From: an uncultured Eubacteriales bacterium
GTDB taxonomy: Bacteria; Bacillota; Clostridia; Christensenellales; UBA1242
Length of the DNA: 64,000 nucleotides
Assembly (NCBI GenBank): GCA_948514155.1
Contig: CAOQYA010000004.1
Location: 855-64,854, forward strand
Direction of reading: 5' to 3'
Made by a program: the position numbers and the translations under genes. The notes below the pieces were generated by a model, which worked only from the letters and a program-made list of their open reading frames with translations, had not been told where the DNA came from and did no database searches. Of the stretch, positions 36,620 to 45,651 are shown in pieces. Numbering within the stretch: position 1 is the first letter of the stretch; each line of letters starts with the position of its first letter.

Positions 36620-37630
36620 ATGTCAGATAAAAAAATTACACATAAAACATTTTCAAAAGAAAAGTTCTACACAGTCTCTGATGTTGGGCCTGCTTATTTG
36701 TGCGCACTGATTGCACCATATGCAATTGCAATTTTGGTGCTCATTGGTGGCATGGCAGCCATGAGTGCGGGGCTAAGCAATGAACAGCTTAATGCGTCAG
36801 TGGTCTACAAACTATTTTCCTTTTTGGCAAGTCCAATCGGCTTTTGCATTATGTTTTTTGCTTTTAATAAAGTTCGAAACAAAAGCATATTGGCCTCAAA
36901 AGTTAAGTTCAAAATTGGCTGGTGGAATTTGGTAATTTGTTTCGTCATTCCGCTTGTGTCTGTGTTTGGCCTCAATTTCTTTATTGGCGGAATTGACCGC
37001 CTGCTCGTCAGTGGCGGCTACAAATTTTCTGCTCTAAACTTGCCACTCGACCATTTCGGCTGGTATGTTTTGTCAATTATCGTGCTTGCACTTTTGCCGG
37101 CGATATTCGAAGAGTTAATTTTCCGCGGCATAATTTTAAACGGTCTTGTTAAAAGGCTGGGTGAGGTGGGCGCCATATTTATGTCTGCGCTTTTGTTCTC
37201 ACTCATGCACGCGTCGCTGCAACAACTTCTCTACACATTTATTTTGGGAATTATATTAGGCTGGATCGCCACTCGCACCGGCTCAACATTCTCGAGCATG
37301 ATTGTTCACTTTTTAAATAACGCTATTGTTGTGACAATTAGTTTCATTCAAAAACAGAAGGGCATTGTGGAAAACATGCAGCCATACAATGTTTGGCAAT
37401 GGCTGTTTTCGGTGGCACTTGTGATTGTTGCCGCAGTGATAATTTTTCTTATTGAAAGATACTACTTTAAACACAAAAACAAAATCTGCTATAAAGAGGA
37501 AACTTTTGACCCTCAGCCTCAAGACCCAAAAAAGGGCAAAGTGCCAATTCTTGTGTGGGTGGGCGTGGCAGTCAGCGCGCTGCTTTTGGTGATAAACACA
37601 ATATCTTCATTTCTTCCACCCGCAGCTTGA
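36620..37630 (+). CDS. CPBP (CAAX/Abi) family intramembrane metalloprotease
   Basis: EELIFRG, FSLMH and HFLNN motifs in a polytopic membrane protein. ATG 36620 chosen because the track ORF start (36296) is antisense to tadA. Confidence 0.8.
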   Translation: MSDKKITHKTFSKEKFYTVSDVGPAYLCALIAPYAIAILVLIGGMAAMSAGLSNEQLNASVVYKLFSFLASPIGFCIMFFAFNKVRNKSILASKVKFKIGWWNLVICFVIPLVSVFGLNFFIGGIDRLLVSGGYKFSALNLPLDHFGWYVLSIIVLALLPAIFEELIFRGIILNGLVKRLGEVGAIFMSALLFSLMHASLQQLLYTFILGIILGWIATRTGSTFSSMIVHFLNNAIVVTISFIQKQKGIVENMQPYNVWQWLFSVALVIVAAVIIFLIERYYFKHKNKICYKEETFDPQPQDPKKGKVPILVWVGVAVSALLLVINTISSFLPPAA

Positions 37631-37668
37631 CGAATGAGGCGGGGAATAAGGGAATATAATAAGAACAT

Positions 37669-38772
37669 ATGGAAAAAAGTAAAAGTTACAATTTCGCTAT
37701 TCTGACCTATTTTTTAATAGTTATCTGTTTTGTGCTGCTAAGGCTGCTGTCGAGTTTTGGACTGCTCTCCTTTTTGGGCGGGGCGGGAGATTTTGTCTTC
37801 ACCGCAGTTGTTCAAATTGGCCTTCTCTTTTGTGGGTCAATCTTTCTTTTCTCTGCCTTTAAAAAGCAGCGCCCTAAACACACTTTTTCGCAGTTTGGGG
37901 TGAGAAAGGTCTCTTGGAAGGTGATTTGGCTGAGTGTGGCACTTGGCGTCGTGGTCTTCTTTTTAAACACCTTTGTTTCGGCCACTTTCAATGGGCTGAT
38001 AGAACTTTTTGGCTATGAGCATTCGAGTGGCACGCCGATAACTTCCTATTCCTTTGGCTCGCTTGTTCTAAATCTCATATTCACAGCTCTTTTGCCGGGA
38101 ATTTGCGAGGAAATTGCACATCGCGGAATGCTGCTTCGCTCGCTTACTCCAATGGGCGCGTGGAAGGCAATTCTTCTCTCCTCGCTGTTGTTCGGCCTTT
38201 TGCATCTTAACATCGAACAGTTTTTCTACGCCACAATAATCGGAATTTTTCTTGGCGTGCTGACTATGATGTCGAATTCGATTGTCCCTGCCATGATAGT
38301 GCACTTTATGAACAATGCGCTCAGCACCTATCTGCTCTTCTCGCGGGTCAATGGTCTGCCGTTTGGCAAAGTGGTCGCATGGGTCGACGGGCTATTAAGT
38401 TCCAGCATATTTATTGGCATGATATTGTCTGTTCTTTTAATCTGCGCACTTAGTTATCTTCTTGTCTTCCTCACTCGCAAGATTTTCCAAAACAGATTTA
38501 AAGACGATATCGAGCTTGTGCAAAGGCAGTTTAATCGTGATCTTATCAGACAGAGTTATCTTTTGGATGTTGAAAAGGCTAAACTTGGAGGGGATATCGA
38601 ACTTCAAAAGGATGCGCTGCTTCTTGAAAAATTAAAGGAGTTTATCGCATCCGAAGATATCTTGCAGGAGGAAAAGTTTAAGCCTAGCAAATATGCCAAA
38701 GTGCTGTCGTGGGTGACGCTGGGGCTGGGCGTGATAATAACAATTTTCACTTTTGTGTGGGGTGTGCTGTGA
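37669..38772 (+). CDS. CPBP (CAAX/Abi) family intramembrane metalloprotease with a C-terminal extension
   Basis: EEIAHRG, FGLLH and HFMNN motifs. An extra ~110-aa charged helical region and a terminal TM segment follow. Confidence 0.8.
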   Translation: MEKSKSYNFAILTYFLIVICFVLLRLLSSFGLLSFLGGAGDFVFTAVVQIGLLFCGSIFLFSAFKKQRPKHTFSQFGVRKVSWKVIWLSVALGVVVFFLNTFVSATFNGLIELFGYEHSSGTPITSYSFGSLVLNLIFTALLPGICEEIAHRGMLLRSLTPMGAWKAILLSSLLFGLLHLNIEQFFYATIIGIFLGVLTMMSNSIVPAMIVHFMNNALSTYLLFSRVNGLPFGKVVAWVDGLLSSSIFIGMILSVLLICALSYLLVFLTRKIFQNRFKDDIELVQRQFNRDLIRQSYLLDVEKAKLGGDIELQKDALLLEKLKEFIASEDILQEEKFKPSKYAKVLSWVTLGLGVIITIFTFVWGVL

Positions 38773-39227
38773 TAACAATCAATTTAGTGTGCGTTGGAAA
38801 TTTGAAAGAAAAGTTTTGGGCGGAGGCTCAAAACGAATACATAAAAAGGCTTGCCAAGTTTTGCAAGTTTAACATTATTGAGGTGGCGGAGCAAAATCGC
38901 ACCTCTTCTGTGCCCGAGACAATTGCAAGAGAGGGCAAACTTATCTTAGAAAAGTGCAAGGGTTGCACCTTTCTTTTCGACCTTGGCGGGAAGAATTTAT
39001 CAAGTGAAAACTTCGCCTCGCTTATCGAAAAGGAAAGCCAGCTTTCAAGCACAATCACTTTTGTTATTGGCGGGTCATATGGTGTGAGCGAGCAGGTTAA
39101 AGCCCGTGCAAAGGCGCTTATAAGTTTTGGCGCGCAGACACTGCCGCATAACCTTGCCCGCATCGTGGCCCTCGAACAGATATATCGCGCCTTCAACATA
39201 ATCGCCGGCACAAGTTATCACAAATAA
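38769..39227 (+). CDS. rlmH: 23S rRNA (pseudouridine1915-N3)-methyltransferase RlmH
   Basis: SPOUT family: I..VGK.K..., IGG..G and the C-terminal knot region (L.L.H...R..L.EQ.YRA). GTG 38769 forms a GTGA overlap with the upstream stop. Confidence 0.85.
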   Translation: MITINLVCVGNLKEKFWAEAQNEYIKRLAKFCKFNIIEVAEQNRTSSVPETIAREGKLILEKCKGCTFLFDLGGKNLSSENFASLIEKESQLSSTITFVIGGSYGVSEQVKARAKALISFGAQTLPHNLARIVALEQIYRAFNIIAGTSYHK

Positions 39228-39250
39228 AATCGCCGTTTCGGCGATTTTTT
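39226..39250. terminator. bidirectional rho-independent terminator
   Basis: Stem ATCGCCG/CGGCGAT flanked by an A-run and a T-run. Confidence 0.75.
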
Positions 39251-39854
39251 ATTTGATGTATTTTTTGATTTCTTCGCGGTGGTCGTAGGCATATTTCACG
39301 GCGTTTTGGTGGTCTTCGTCCACGCGCTTTGTGCCGTGTGTTTTGGAAAGAAGAAAGTGTATGCAAGTGTGGCCGTCGATGCCATTATTTTCGATATAAC
39401 TCTTGCCGTGCGGATAGCCATTGATGCTTGCCGCCACAAAGTTGCCTTCGCCAAGTTCCACCCAAACAGGTCGTCGCGCCCAACTCCATGTGCCGTTGTA
39501 TAAACTCTTGAATATTGCGGTGTTAACTTCGTCAATCGGCTCAACATCGGCATGATTGTGCCCGCCGTTTCGATAAACATAATATGTCTTGCCCGATTTG
39601 ATGTCAATCACCCTTGTTTTTTGATAGGTCTTGAACATGGTGTTGACCGTCTCAAACCAGTTGAGGCTGGAAACGCTGACCGCTCTGCCCGGCGCATAGA
39701 TTATGCTTTCGCCTTCGTGATAGTTATTTATGTTATACACGTCACGAGCAGTGAGATTGGTGTATTTGGAAACCACCGGATAGGGGAAAATACAGGAAAG
39801 TATTCCTGCTGTCACGATAAGAATTATTACATAAAATGGAAAAAGTCGTCTCAT
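39249..39854 (-). CDS. hypothetical exported or membrane-anchored protein
   Basis: N-terminal anchor (LFPFYVIILIVTAGILS), His-rich C-terminal domain. No family recognised. Confidence 0.55.
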   Translation of the reverse strand: MRRLFPFYVIILIVTAGILSCIFPYPVVSKYTNLTARDVYNINNYHEGESIIYAPGRAVSVSSLNWFETVNTMFKTYQKTRVIDIKSGKTYYVYRNGGHNHADVEPIDEVNTAIFKSLYNGTWSWARRPVWVELGEGNFVAASINGYPHGKSYIENNGIDGHTCIHFLLSKTHGTKRVDEDHQNAVKYAYDHREEIKKYIK

Positions 39855-39906
39855 ACATTGTTATAATATGTAATTTTCTAAAAAATAAAAAAATATATTT
39901 AATTTA

Positions 39907-40875
39907 ATGAAAAAGACTTTTTCGGCCGTCATGATTATTATCGGCACGGTGATTGGCTCCGGCTTTGCCAGCGGCAAGGAAATTGCCGTCTATTTTTCGC
40001 GCTTTGGCTCGGCGTCTTACTTTTTCATTGCACTGACCTTCTTTCTCTTTTTTGGATTGATATATTCTTTTTTCTCTTTTGGCGAAAGGGCGCTGGACAA
40101 ACTTGCCTCTTCTAAACTCTTTTCGGTGATTTGCATAATAATATCGCTGATTTTCACCGCATCTATGTTCGCCGGAACAATCAATGTGCTTCCAGAAAAC
40201 ATTTTTGTGAGAATTGCATTCGGAGCGGCGCTTATCGGCGTTTGCTGCTATGTGGCGCGGCGGGGCATTCCATTTCTATCGAAACTTAACAACTTTCTTA
40301 TTCCGCTCACTCTTGTGAGCATGCTTGTTGTGCTTCTTTCCAATTTTTCCCTGCCAAAAGCTGGGCTTGCGGGGCAGAATGCGTTTGCCGGGCTGTTTTT
40401 CACCCTTCTTTACTCTGTTTTAAACTTTTCCATGAGCAGCATTGTGATTGCAAAATCGGGAATTGGCATGAGCAAAAAAGAAAAAGTGTGGGCTAGTTTA
40501 ATTTCCAGCCTCACACTTTGCTCTTTTCTTTTGCTGACCAATTTTGTCCTTTTGTCGCATCCTGAAAGTATGCAGGAAGCGATGCCACTTGTATTTATCG
40601 CCAGCGGAGTTTGCGGCCACTTAATTAGATTTGTGGTCTTTTCGGGCTGCATAACAACGCTTTTCTCTTTGGTGTTCACAACTTCCGAAAGCCTTAAAAA
40701 ACTGGGATGCAAGGGCTGGGGAATATATCTAATCGCGATATTTTTTCCCTGCATTTGCTCGCTGTTCGGCTTCGGGACTATCGTTAGTTTCTTGTATCCG
40801 TTTGCAAGTGTGCTTGGGATATTTCTTTTGCTTATTTTGTTTTTCTTGCCGTCAAGGGCGGCAGACAGCTCCTAG
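39907..40875 (+). CDS. YkvI family membrane protein (putative transporter)
   Basis: The N-terminal IGTVIGSGFASGKEI motif is typical of YkvI-like proteins; polytopic. Confidence 0.65.
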   Translation: MKKTFSAVMIIIGTVIGSGFASGKEIAVYFSRFGSASYFFIALTFFLFFGLIYSFFSFGERALDKLASSKLFSVICIIISLIFTASMFAGTINVLPENIFVRIAFGAALIGVCCYVARRGIPFLSKLNNFLIPLTLVSMLVVLLSNFSLPKAGLAGQNAFAGLFFTLLYSVLNFSMSSIVIAKSGIGMSKKEKVWASLISSLTLCSFLLLTNFVLLSHPESMQEAMPLVFIASGVCGHLIRFVVFSGCITTLFSLVFTTSESLKKLGCKGWGIYLIAIFFPCICSLFGFGTIVSFLYPFASVLGIFLLLILFFLPSRAADSS

Positions 40876-41699
40876 CGGGAGTGCCATTTTTCTACAAGGC
40901 AAACCACCATATACATGAGTGCGGCAAGCACGCACAAAAGCACGGTGCTGGTCATGACTAGGTCAATTTTGAAGACCTGGCTGCCATACACAATCAGATA
41001 TCCAAGTCCGGCACTGCTGGAAAGATATTCGCCCATGATTGTGCCGACCCACGCCATGCCTACATTTATTTTCAGCACGGAGATAAATTCAGCCGTTGCG
41101 TTGGGGAGAATGAGTTTCCAGAAAATTTGGAACTTGTTTGCGTGCATAGATTTCATGAGTTGAATTTTATCGGCGTCGCACGAGTTAAAGGCGTTGAGCA
41201 TGGTTATCGTTGTTAAGATTATACATATAAGCACACACATCACTATAATTGCGCTCATTCCCGAACCTACCCAAAGGATAATGATAGGCCCGAGTGCAAT
41301 TTTAGGAAGGGAGTTCAAAACAACTATATATGGCTCTAAAACTCGCCTTAATCTTTTATTCCACCACAGGAGAATTGCGATAAGCGTGCCACCAATAGTG
41401 GCCACCGCAAAACCTATGATAGTTTCAAGCAGCGTTATGCCAATATGTTTCCAAATTGTCCCGCCTTGCACCAGACTTACGAACATATTGAATATTCTTG
41501 ACGGGCTGCTAACGAAAAATGGGTCAATCACTCTTGTTGCGGTCAGCAGTTCCCAAAGTCCGATGAATAACACTAAGATAAGAATTTGAAAGATTATAAC
41601 AAATATTTTATCATTCCTCAGCCTTCTCAAATATCGTTGATGAGCCTTGGAATATGGTGCTGCCTTCGAGATTTTAGGTTTTAGTATTTTCTTTTTCAT
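40872..41699 (-). CDS. ABC transporter permease (NitT/TauT-like)
   Basis: Polytopic with an EAA-like loop (MKSMHANKFQIFWKLILP). Overlaps the upstream ATPase gene. Confidence 0.8.
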   Translation of the reverse strand: MKKKILKPKISKAAPYSKAHQRYLRRLRNDKIFVIIFQILILVLFIGLWELLTATRVIDPFFVSSPSRIFNMFVSLVQGGTIWKHIGITLLETIIGFAVATIGGTLIAILLWWNKRLRRVLEPYIVVLNSLPKIALGPIIILWVGSGMSAIIVMCVLICIILTTITMLNAFNSCDADKIQLMKSMHANKFQIFWKLILPNATAEFISVLKINVGMAWVGTIMGEYLSSSAGLGYLIVYGSQVFKIDLVMTSTVLLCVLAALMYMVVCLVEKWHSR

Positions 41700-42453
41700 T
41701 CGTAAGTTTCTTCCAAATCAGGTCGAAAAGCGCGCCAAAAGTTGGGTCTTCTCGTCTTGAAAGTGGAGTTTTTCCATTTAAATTTAAGTTTTGCACAAAT
41801 TTGACGGAAGCGGGACGCGATGAAAGCACTATGACTTTATCGGACATGGACAGGGCTTCCGAGATGTCGTGGGTCACAAGAATGGCCGTCTTTTTCTCGC
41901 TTTTGATTATCTCGTGCACATCGTCGCACACTTTTAATCTTGTTTGAAAATCGAGGGCGGAAAAGGGCTCGTCGAGAAGCAGAAGCTTCGGCTCCATAAC
42001 AAGCGTCCTTATCAGTGCAACCCTTTGACGCATGCCGCCGCTAAGTGAGCGGGGTTTTGCAGAGATAAAATCAAATAGGTCATACTTTTTAAGTAGCTCG
42101 CGGGCAAACTCTTTTTTTTGGTCAGCATCCTTGGGCTTTGTCAGTTCAATGCCCAGTGTCACATTCTGCCAAATAGTTCGCCAATCGAAAAGATGGTCGC
42201 GCTGAAACATGTAGCCAATGCGGTCATCGTGTTTTACGATAGGCTTGCCGGCGAGAAGTATCTGGCCGGAACTGTTTTCCAAAAGCCCGGCAGTTAAGGA
42301 CAAAATTGTAGTTTTGCCGCAGCCACTTGGCCCAACAATAGAAGCAAATTCTTCGTCGTCAACAACAAAGTTGAGGTCGCGCAGTGCGTGTATCTCCTCT
42401 TTTTTTGTTTGATAGAAAAAATTTACATTTTTGAACTCAAGCATGGCGCTCAT
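41674..42453 (-). CDS. ABC transporter ATP-binding protein (NitT/TauT-like)
   Basis: Walker A GPSGCGKTT, signature LSGGMRQR, Walker B LLLLDEP. Confidence 0.9.
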   Translation of the reverse strand: MSAMLEFKNVNFFYQTKKEEIHALRDLNFVVDDEEFASIVGPSGCGKTTILSLTAGLLENSSGQILLAGKPIVKHDDRIGYMFQRDHLFDWRTIWQNVTLGIELTKPKDADQKKEFARELLKKYDLFDFISAKPRSLSGGMRQRVALIRTLVMEPKLLLLDEPFSALDFQTRLKVCDDVHEIIKSEKKTAILVTHDISEALSMSDKVIVLSSRPASVKFVQNLNLNGKTPLSRREDPTFGALFDLIWKKLTNEKENTKT

Positions 42454-42534
42454 AAATTACCTCTACATAATCATTCTACTTTGCTTGATGCGAATGTGTG
42501 ATAAATTGGCTGAAAAATTTTGTGGCACTCCGGC

Positions 42535-42563
42535 TTGATATTTGGCTGCTTGGGCTTTAAACT
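42535..42563 (+). promoter_or_regulatory. candidate sigma-A-type promoter of the phage-like module
   Basis: TTGATA, a 17-nt spacer, then TAAACT. A second candidate extended -10 (GTGTGATAAATT, 42496-42507) lies upstream. Confidence 0.35.
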
Positions 42564-42593
42564 TTGGCTATCATTTGCAAGGAGGAGTGTGCT

Positions 42594-42911
42594 TTGAGCG
42601 AGTTAAGCGAGGAAAAACTTAAAAAGGCGCTGCTTAAAAAGGCGCTCGGCTATGAAACTAAAGAGCAAGTTTGCGAATACTCAATCGGCGAAAACGGAGA
42701 GGCGGTGCTTTCCAAGAAGAAGGTCACAAAAAAACAGATGTCGCCAGATATGAGTGCCCTTAAACTTTTGCTTGAACGCTTCTACGCTGAGATTGAACCC
42801 GAAAAGATGACCGACGAAGAACTTGAGAAAGAGCGCACAAGGCTTTTGCAACTTTTAAAAGAGGAGGAAGAAAATGCAAATAGAGAAAGTGAGCAAAGTA
42901 ACCAAGTGTGA
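42594..42911 (+). CDS. small-terminase-core-like protein lacking an N-terminal HTH
   Basis: TTG 42594 lies 6 nt after GGAGGAG. ALGYETKEQV...KKVTKKQMSPDMSALKLLLER resembles the oligomerisation core of SF6/SPP1-type TerS; the C-terminus is an acidic coiled coil. Confidence 0.4.
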   Translation: MSELSEEKLKKALLKKALGYETKEQVCEYSIGENGEAVLSKKKVTKKQMSPDMSALKLLLERFYAEIEPEKMTDEELEKERTRLLQLLKEEEENANRESEQSNQV

Positions 42912-43095
42912 TTTTGTGGGCTGCAGCAATCTTGCGGACTACTCATTCAGCACCAAAGGAATTTTGAAGCGGGAACTTGCTTTTTGCCAGGAATGCCTGA
43001 CGGGGATGTATGAAGAAATCGGCCGCCTGCAAGTGCCTAAAGCGGTGGAAGCGCCCTTTAAACTTAAATCACGAATTAAAAAGGAGAAAAAATGA
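42874..43095 (+). CDS. small zinc-ribbon-like protein
   Basis: 73 aa with strong AGGAGG. Cys pairs Cx4C and CxxC (CDFVGC ... CQEC) and a basic tail. Confidence 0.55.
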   Translation: MQIEKVSKVTKCDFVGCSNLADYSFSTKGILKRELAFCQECLTGMYEEIGRLQVPKAVEAPFKLKSRIKKEKK

Positions 43096-44966
43096 AAAAG
43101 ATAACAAAAAATGAGGAAGAGATAGTTAAGTTTGTGCTTGACGACTTTACTTCTCGTCAATATGCGAGAAAGAGTTTTGAGACACAATGGCAAATGAACA
43201 TGAACTTTTACATGGGCAATCAGTTCTGCGACATTGGCTATGGCGGAGAAATTGAAGACCTTGACAAACAATATTTCTGGCAGGAGAGGGAGATTTTTAA
43301 TCACATTGCGCCAATTGTGGATGTGCGACTTGCAAAACTTGGCAAAGTCCGCCCTAAGACATCCATTTTGCCAGCCTCTAATGACGAAAGAGATGTTTAC
43401 GCTGCAAAGGTCTCCAAAAAGATACTCGACAGCGTTTCAAACAAACTTGCACTTTCCAAAAAAATTAATGACGCAATGAACTGGAGCGAAATTTGCGGAA
43501 CAAGTTTCTATAAAGTCACATGGAACCCATGTCTTGGACAAGTTGTTGCAAAAGAGGAAGACGGGAAAGAGGTCAGAAGCGGTGAGGTGGAAGTCACCGT
43601 CTGCTCGCCTTTTGAAATTTTTCCAGACAGTTTCACATGCGAAAGCCTTGACGCCTGCCAGAGCATTATTCATGCGCGTGCGCTGGATGTTGAAAAAATT
43701 AAAAGCACATATGGCATTGAAGTTGAGGGGCAGGAGATAAATGTTTTTTCGCTTGACTCAACAAGTGTTGGCCTTGGCGGCCTCGGCTATTCATCTTCCG
43801 CGCCTAAGATTTGCCACGGAGTTAAGAAGTCGAGCGCGCTTGTTATTGAAAGATACGAAAAGCCGAGCCCTTCGCGGCCAAACGGTCGCCTGACAATTGT
43901 TGTCGGGGGCAGACTCTTCTTTGACGGCGACCTGCCATATGCAGTCGGCAAAGATGGGGTGAGAGATTTTCCGTTTGTTAAGCAGGTGTCGTTAAATCAA
44001 GTTGCATCTTTCTGGGGTGCGAGCGTGATTGACAGGCTTATTCCTGTTCAGCGCGCATTTAATGCCGTGAAGAACAGAAAACATGAATTCATGAACCGAT
44101 TGACAATGGGCGTGCTTAAAGTTGAAGACGGCTCGATTGATATTGACAACCTCGAAGAAGAAGGACTTTGCCCGGGCAAGATATTAGTTTATCGCCAAGG
44201 CTCAATCGCTCCTGAATTTTTATCGGGAGACAACATCTCTTCAAGTTTCAGCGACGAAGAGGAAAAACTGATAAGCGAGTTTCAAACTATAAGCGGCGCA
44301 AATGAGATGCTTAACAATGACAACATCTCCACAAAGATGTCGGGCGTGGCACTGGAAGTTATGGTGGAGCAGGACGAACTTAAACTTAACAACACCGCCG
44401 ACAACATCAAACAGAGCGTGATTGCAATTTCACAAATGGTGCTTAGGCTTTACAAGCAATTTGCAATCATTCCGCGTCTTGCAAAGATTGTTGGCGACAA
44501 CGGCGAAGTGGAACTTTTCTATTTCAACTCCAGCGACATTTCCAGCGACGACATTCAACTTGAAGCGCAAAACGAACTTGGCGAAAGCCTTGCTCAGCGC
44601 AGACAAATGGTCTTTGACCTCATTGATGCCGGTCTTCTAAACGACACCGATAAGGGCATGTCAAACAAAATGAAAGTTAAAGCACTCGACCTTCTTGGCT
44701 TCGGAATTTGGGAGAACGCGCAAGATACGAACGAACTTCACCTTAAGAAAGCGGAGAACGAGAACCTTAAACTCACATCCGGCGGAAAGGTGAAAGTGCT
44801 TGAAATTGACAATCACGAACTGCACATTGACCGTCACATTGCCTACATGCTTAGCGGCGACTACGAGAAAAAAGCCGCCATTAACCCAGCGATTGAAGAA
44901 AGATTTCTTTCGCACATTCGTGAGCACAAAAAACTTGAAAACAGCGAAAATAACGAAAAAAATTAA
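43092..44966 (+). CDS. phage portal protein (putative)
   Basis: 624 aa. The WQMNMNFYMGNQ motif near the N-terminus, the size and the position directly upstream of scaffold and capsid genes all fit a portal. No Walker A, so it is not TerL. Confidence 0.65.
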   Translation: MKKITKNEEEIVKFVLDDFTSRQYARKSFETQWQMNMNFYMGNQFCDIGYGGEIEDLDKQYFWQEREIFNHIAPIVDVRLAKLGKVRPKTSILPASNDERDVYAAKVSKKILDSVSNKLALSKKINDAMNWSEICGTSFYKVTWNPCLGQVVAKEEDGKEVRSGEVEVTVCSPFEIFPDSFTCESLDACQSIIHARALDVEKIKSTYGIEVEGQEINVFSLDSTSVGLGGLGYSSSAPKICHGVKKSSALVIERYEKPSPSRPNGRLTIVVGGRLFFDGDLPYAVGKDGVRDFPFVKQVSLNQVASFWGASVIDRLIPVQRAFNAVKNRKHEFMNRLTMGVLKVEDGSIDIDNLEEEGLCPGKILVYRQGSIAPEFLSGDNISSSFSDEEEKLISEFQTISGANEMLNNDNISTKMSGVALEVMVEQDELKLNNTADNIKQSVIAISQMVLRLYKQFAIIPRLAKIVGDNGEVELFYFNSSDISSDDIQLEAQNELGESLAQRRQMVFDLIDAGLLNDTDKGMSNKMKVKALDLLGFGIWENAQDTNELHLKKAENENLKLTSGGKVKVLEIDNHELHIDRHIAYMLSGDYEKKAAINPAIEERFLSHIREHKKLENSENNEKN

Positions 44967-45022
44967 AAAAATCACAAAAAAACAGCAATTTTAAATAAAT
45001 TTTCTTAAATTTAGGAGGAAAT

Positions 45023-45634
45023 ATGGAAGAGAAAATAATCGAGGAACAACCAGCGGCAGAGCCGGCAGAGGCTTTAGATAAAGCAAATGAGAGTGTCGAG
45101 AGCGCAGCGGGCTCCTCGAATGAAAATGGGAACTTAGGCAAGTTTAAAACGCCGGAGGCTCTTTATCAAGCATACAAGGCGCTTGAGGCCGAGTTCACCA
45201 GAAAAAGCCAAAGGCTGAGCGAACTGGAAAAAGACAAAACGGAGAAAGCAACCGTCGATGAAAAACGCGTGGATGACGAACTTTCTTCCTTCCTTTCGAA
45301 ACGAAGCGAGGCAAGTCCTTATGCCGACAAACTTAAATCTAAAAGTTTGCAAGAGGGCGGGAGAGTTGATTTTGAAGAAATGCTGGCTGCAATCTTACTT
45401 GAAAATTTAGAGACAGGCTCTTCAAAACTCGACAACCCAATTATAACAAAATATGTTTTTCAAGACGAAGAACTAAAAAATCATGTTATCGAAAATTACA
45501 TGAAAGAACTTAAAACGGGAATGCCTCCATTTGTTATCAGTGGCGACAAAGGCGAAAAAGTGACCGGTCAAAAGCCGGCCACTCCGGCGTCGCTTGCAGA
45601 AGCAAAAAAGATTGTGGAGGACATGTTCAGTTAA
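45023..45634 (+). CDS. phage scaffolding protein (DUF4355-like)
   Basis: Acidic helical 203-aa protein. GKFKTPEALYQAYKALEAEFTRKSQRLSELE resembles scaffold proteins encoded just before HK97-fold capsid genes. Confidence 0.6.
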   Translation: MEEKIIEEQPAAEPAEALDKANESVESAAGSSNENGNLGKFKTPEALYQAYKALEAEFTRKSQRLSELEKDKTEKATVDEKRVDDELSSFLSKRSEASPYADKLKSKSLQEGGRVDFEEMLAAILLENLETGSSKLDNPIITKYVFQDEELKNHVIENYMKELKTGMPPFVISGDKGEKVTGQKPATPASLAEAKKIVEDMFS

Positions 45635-45651
45635 AATTTTAGGAGGAAAAA

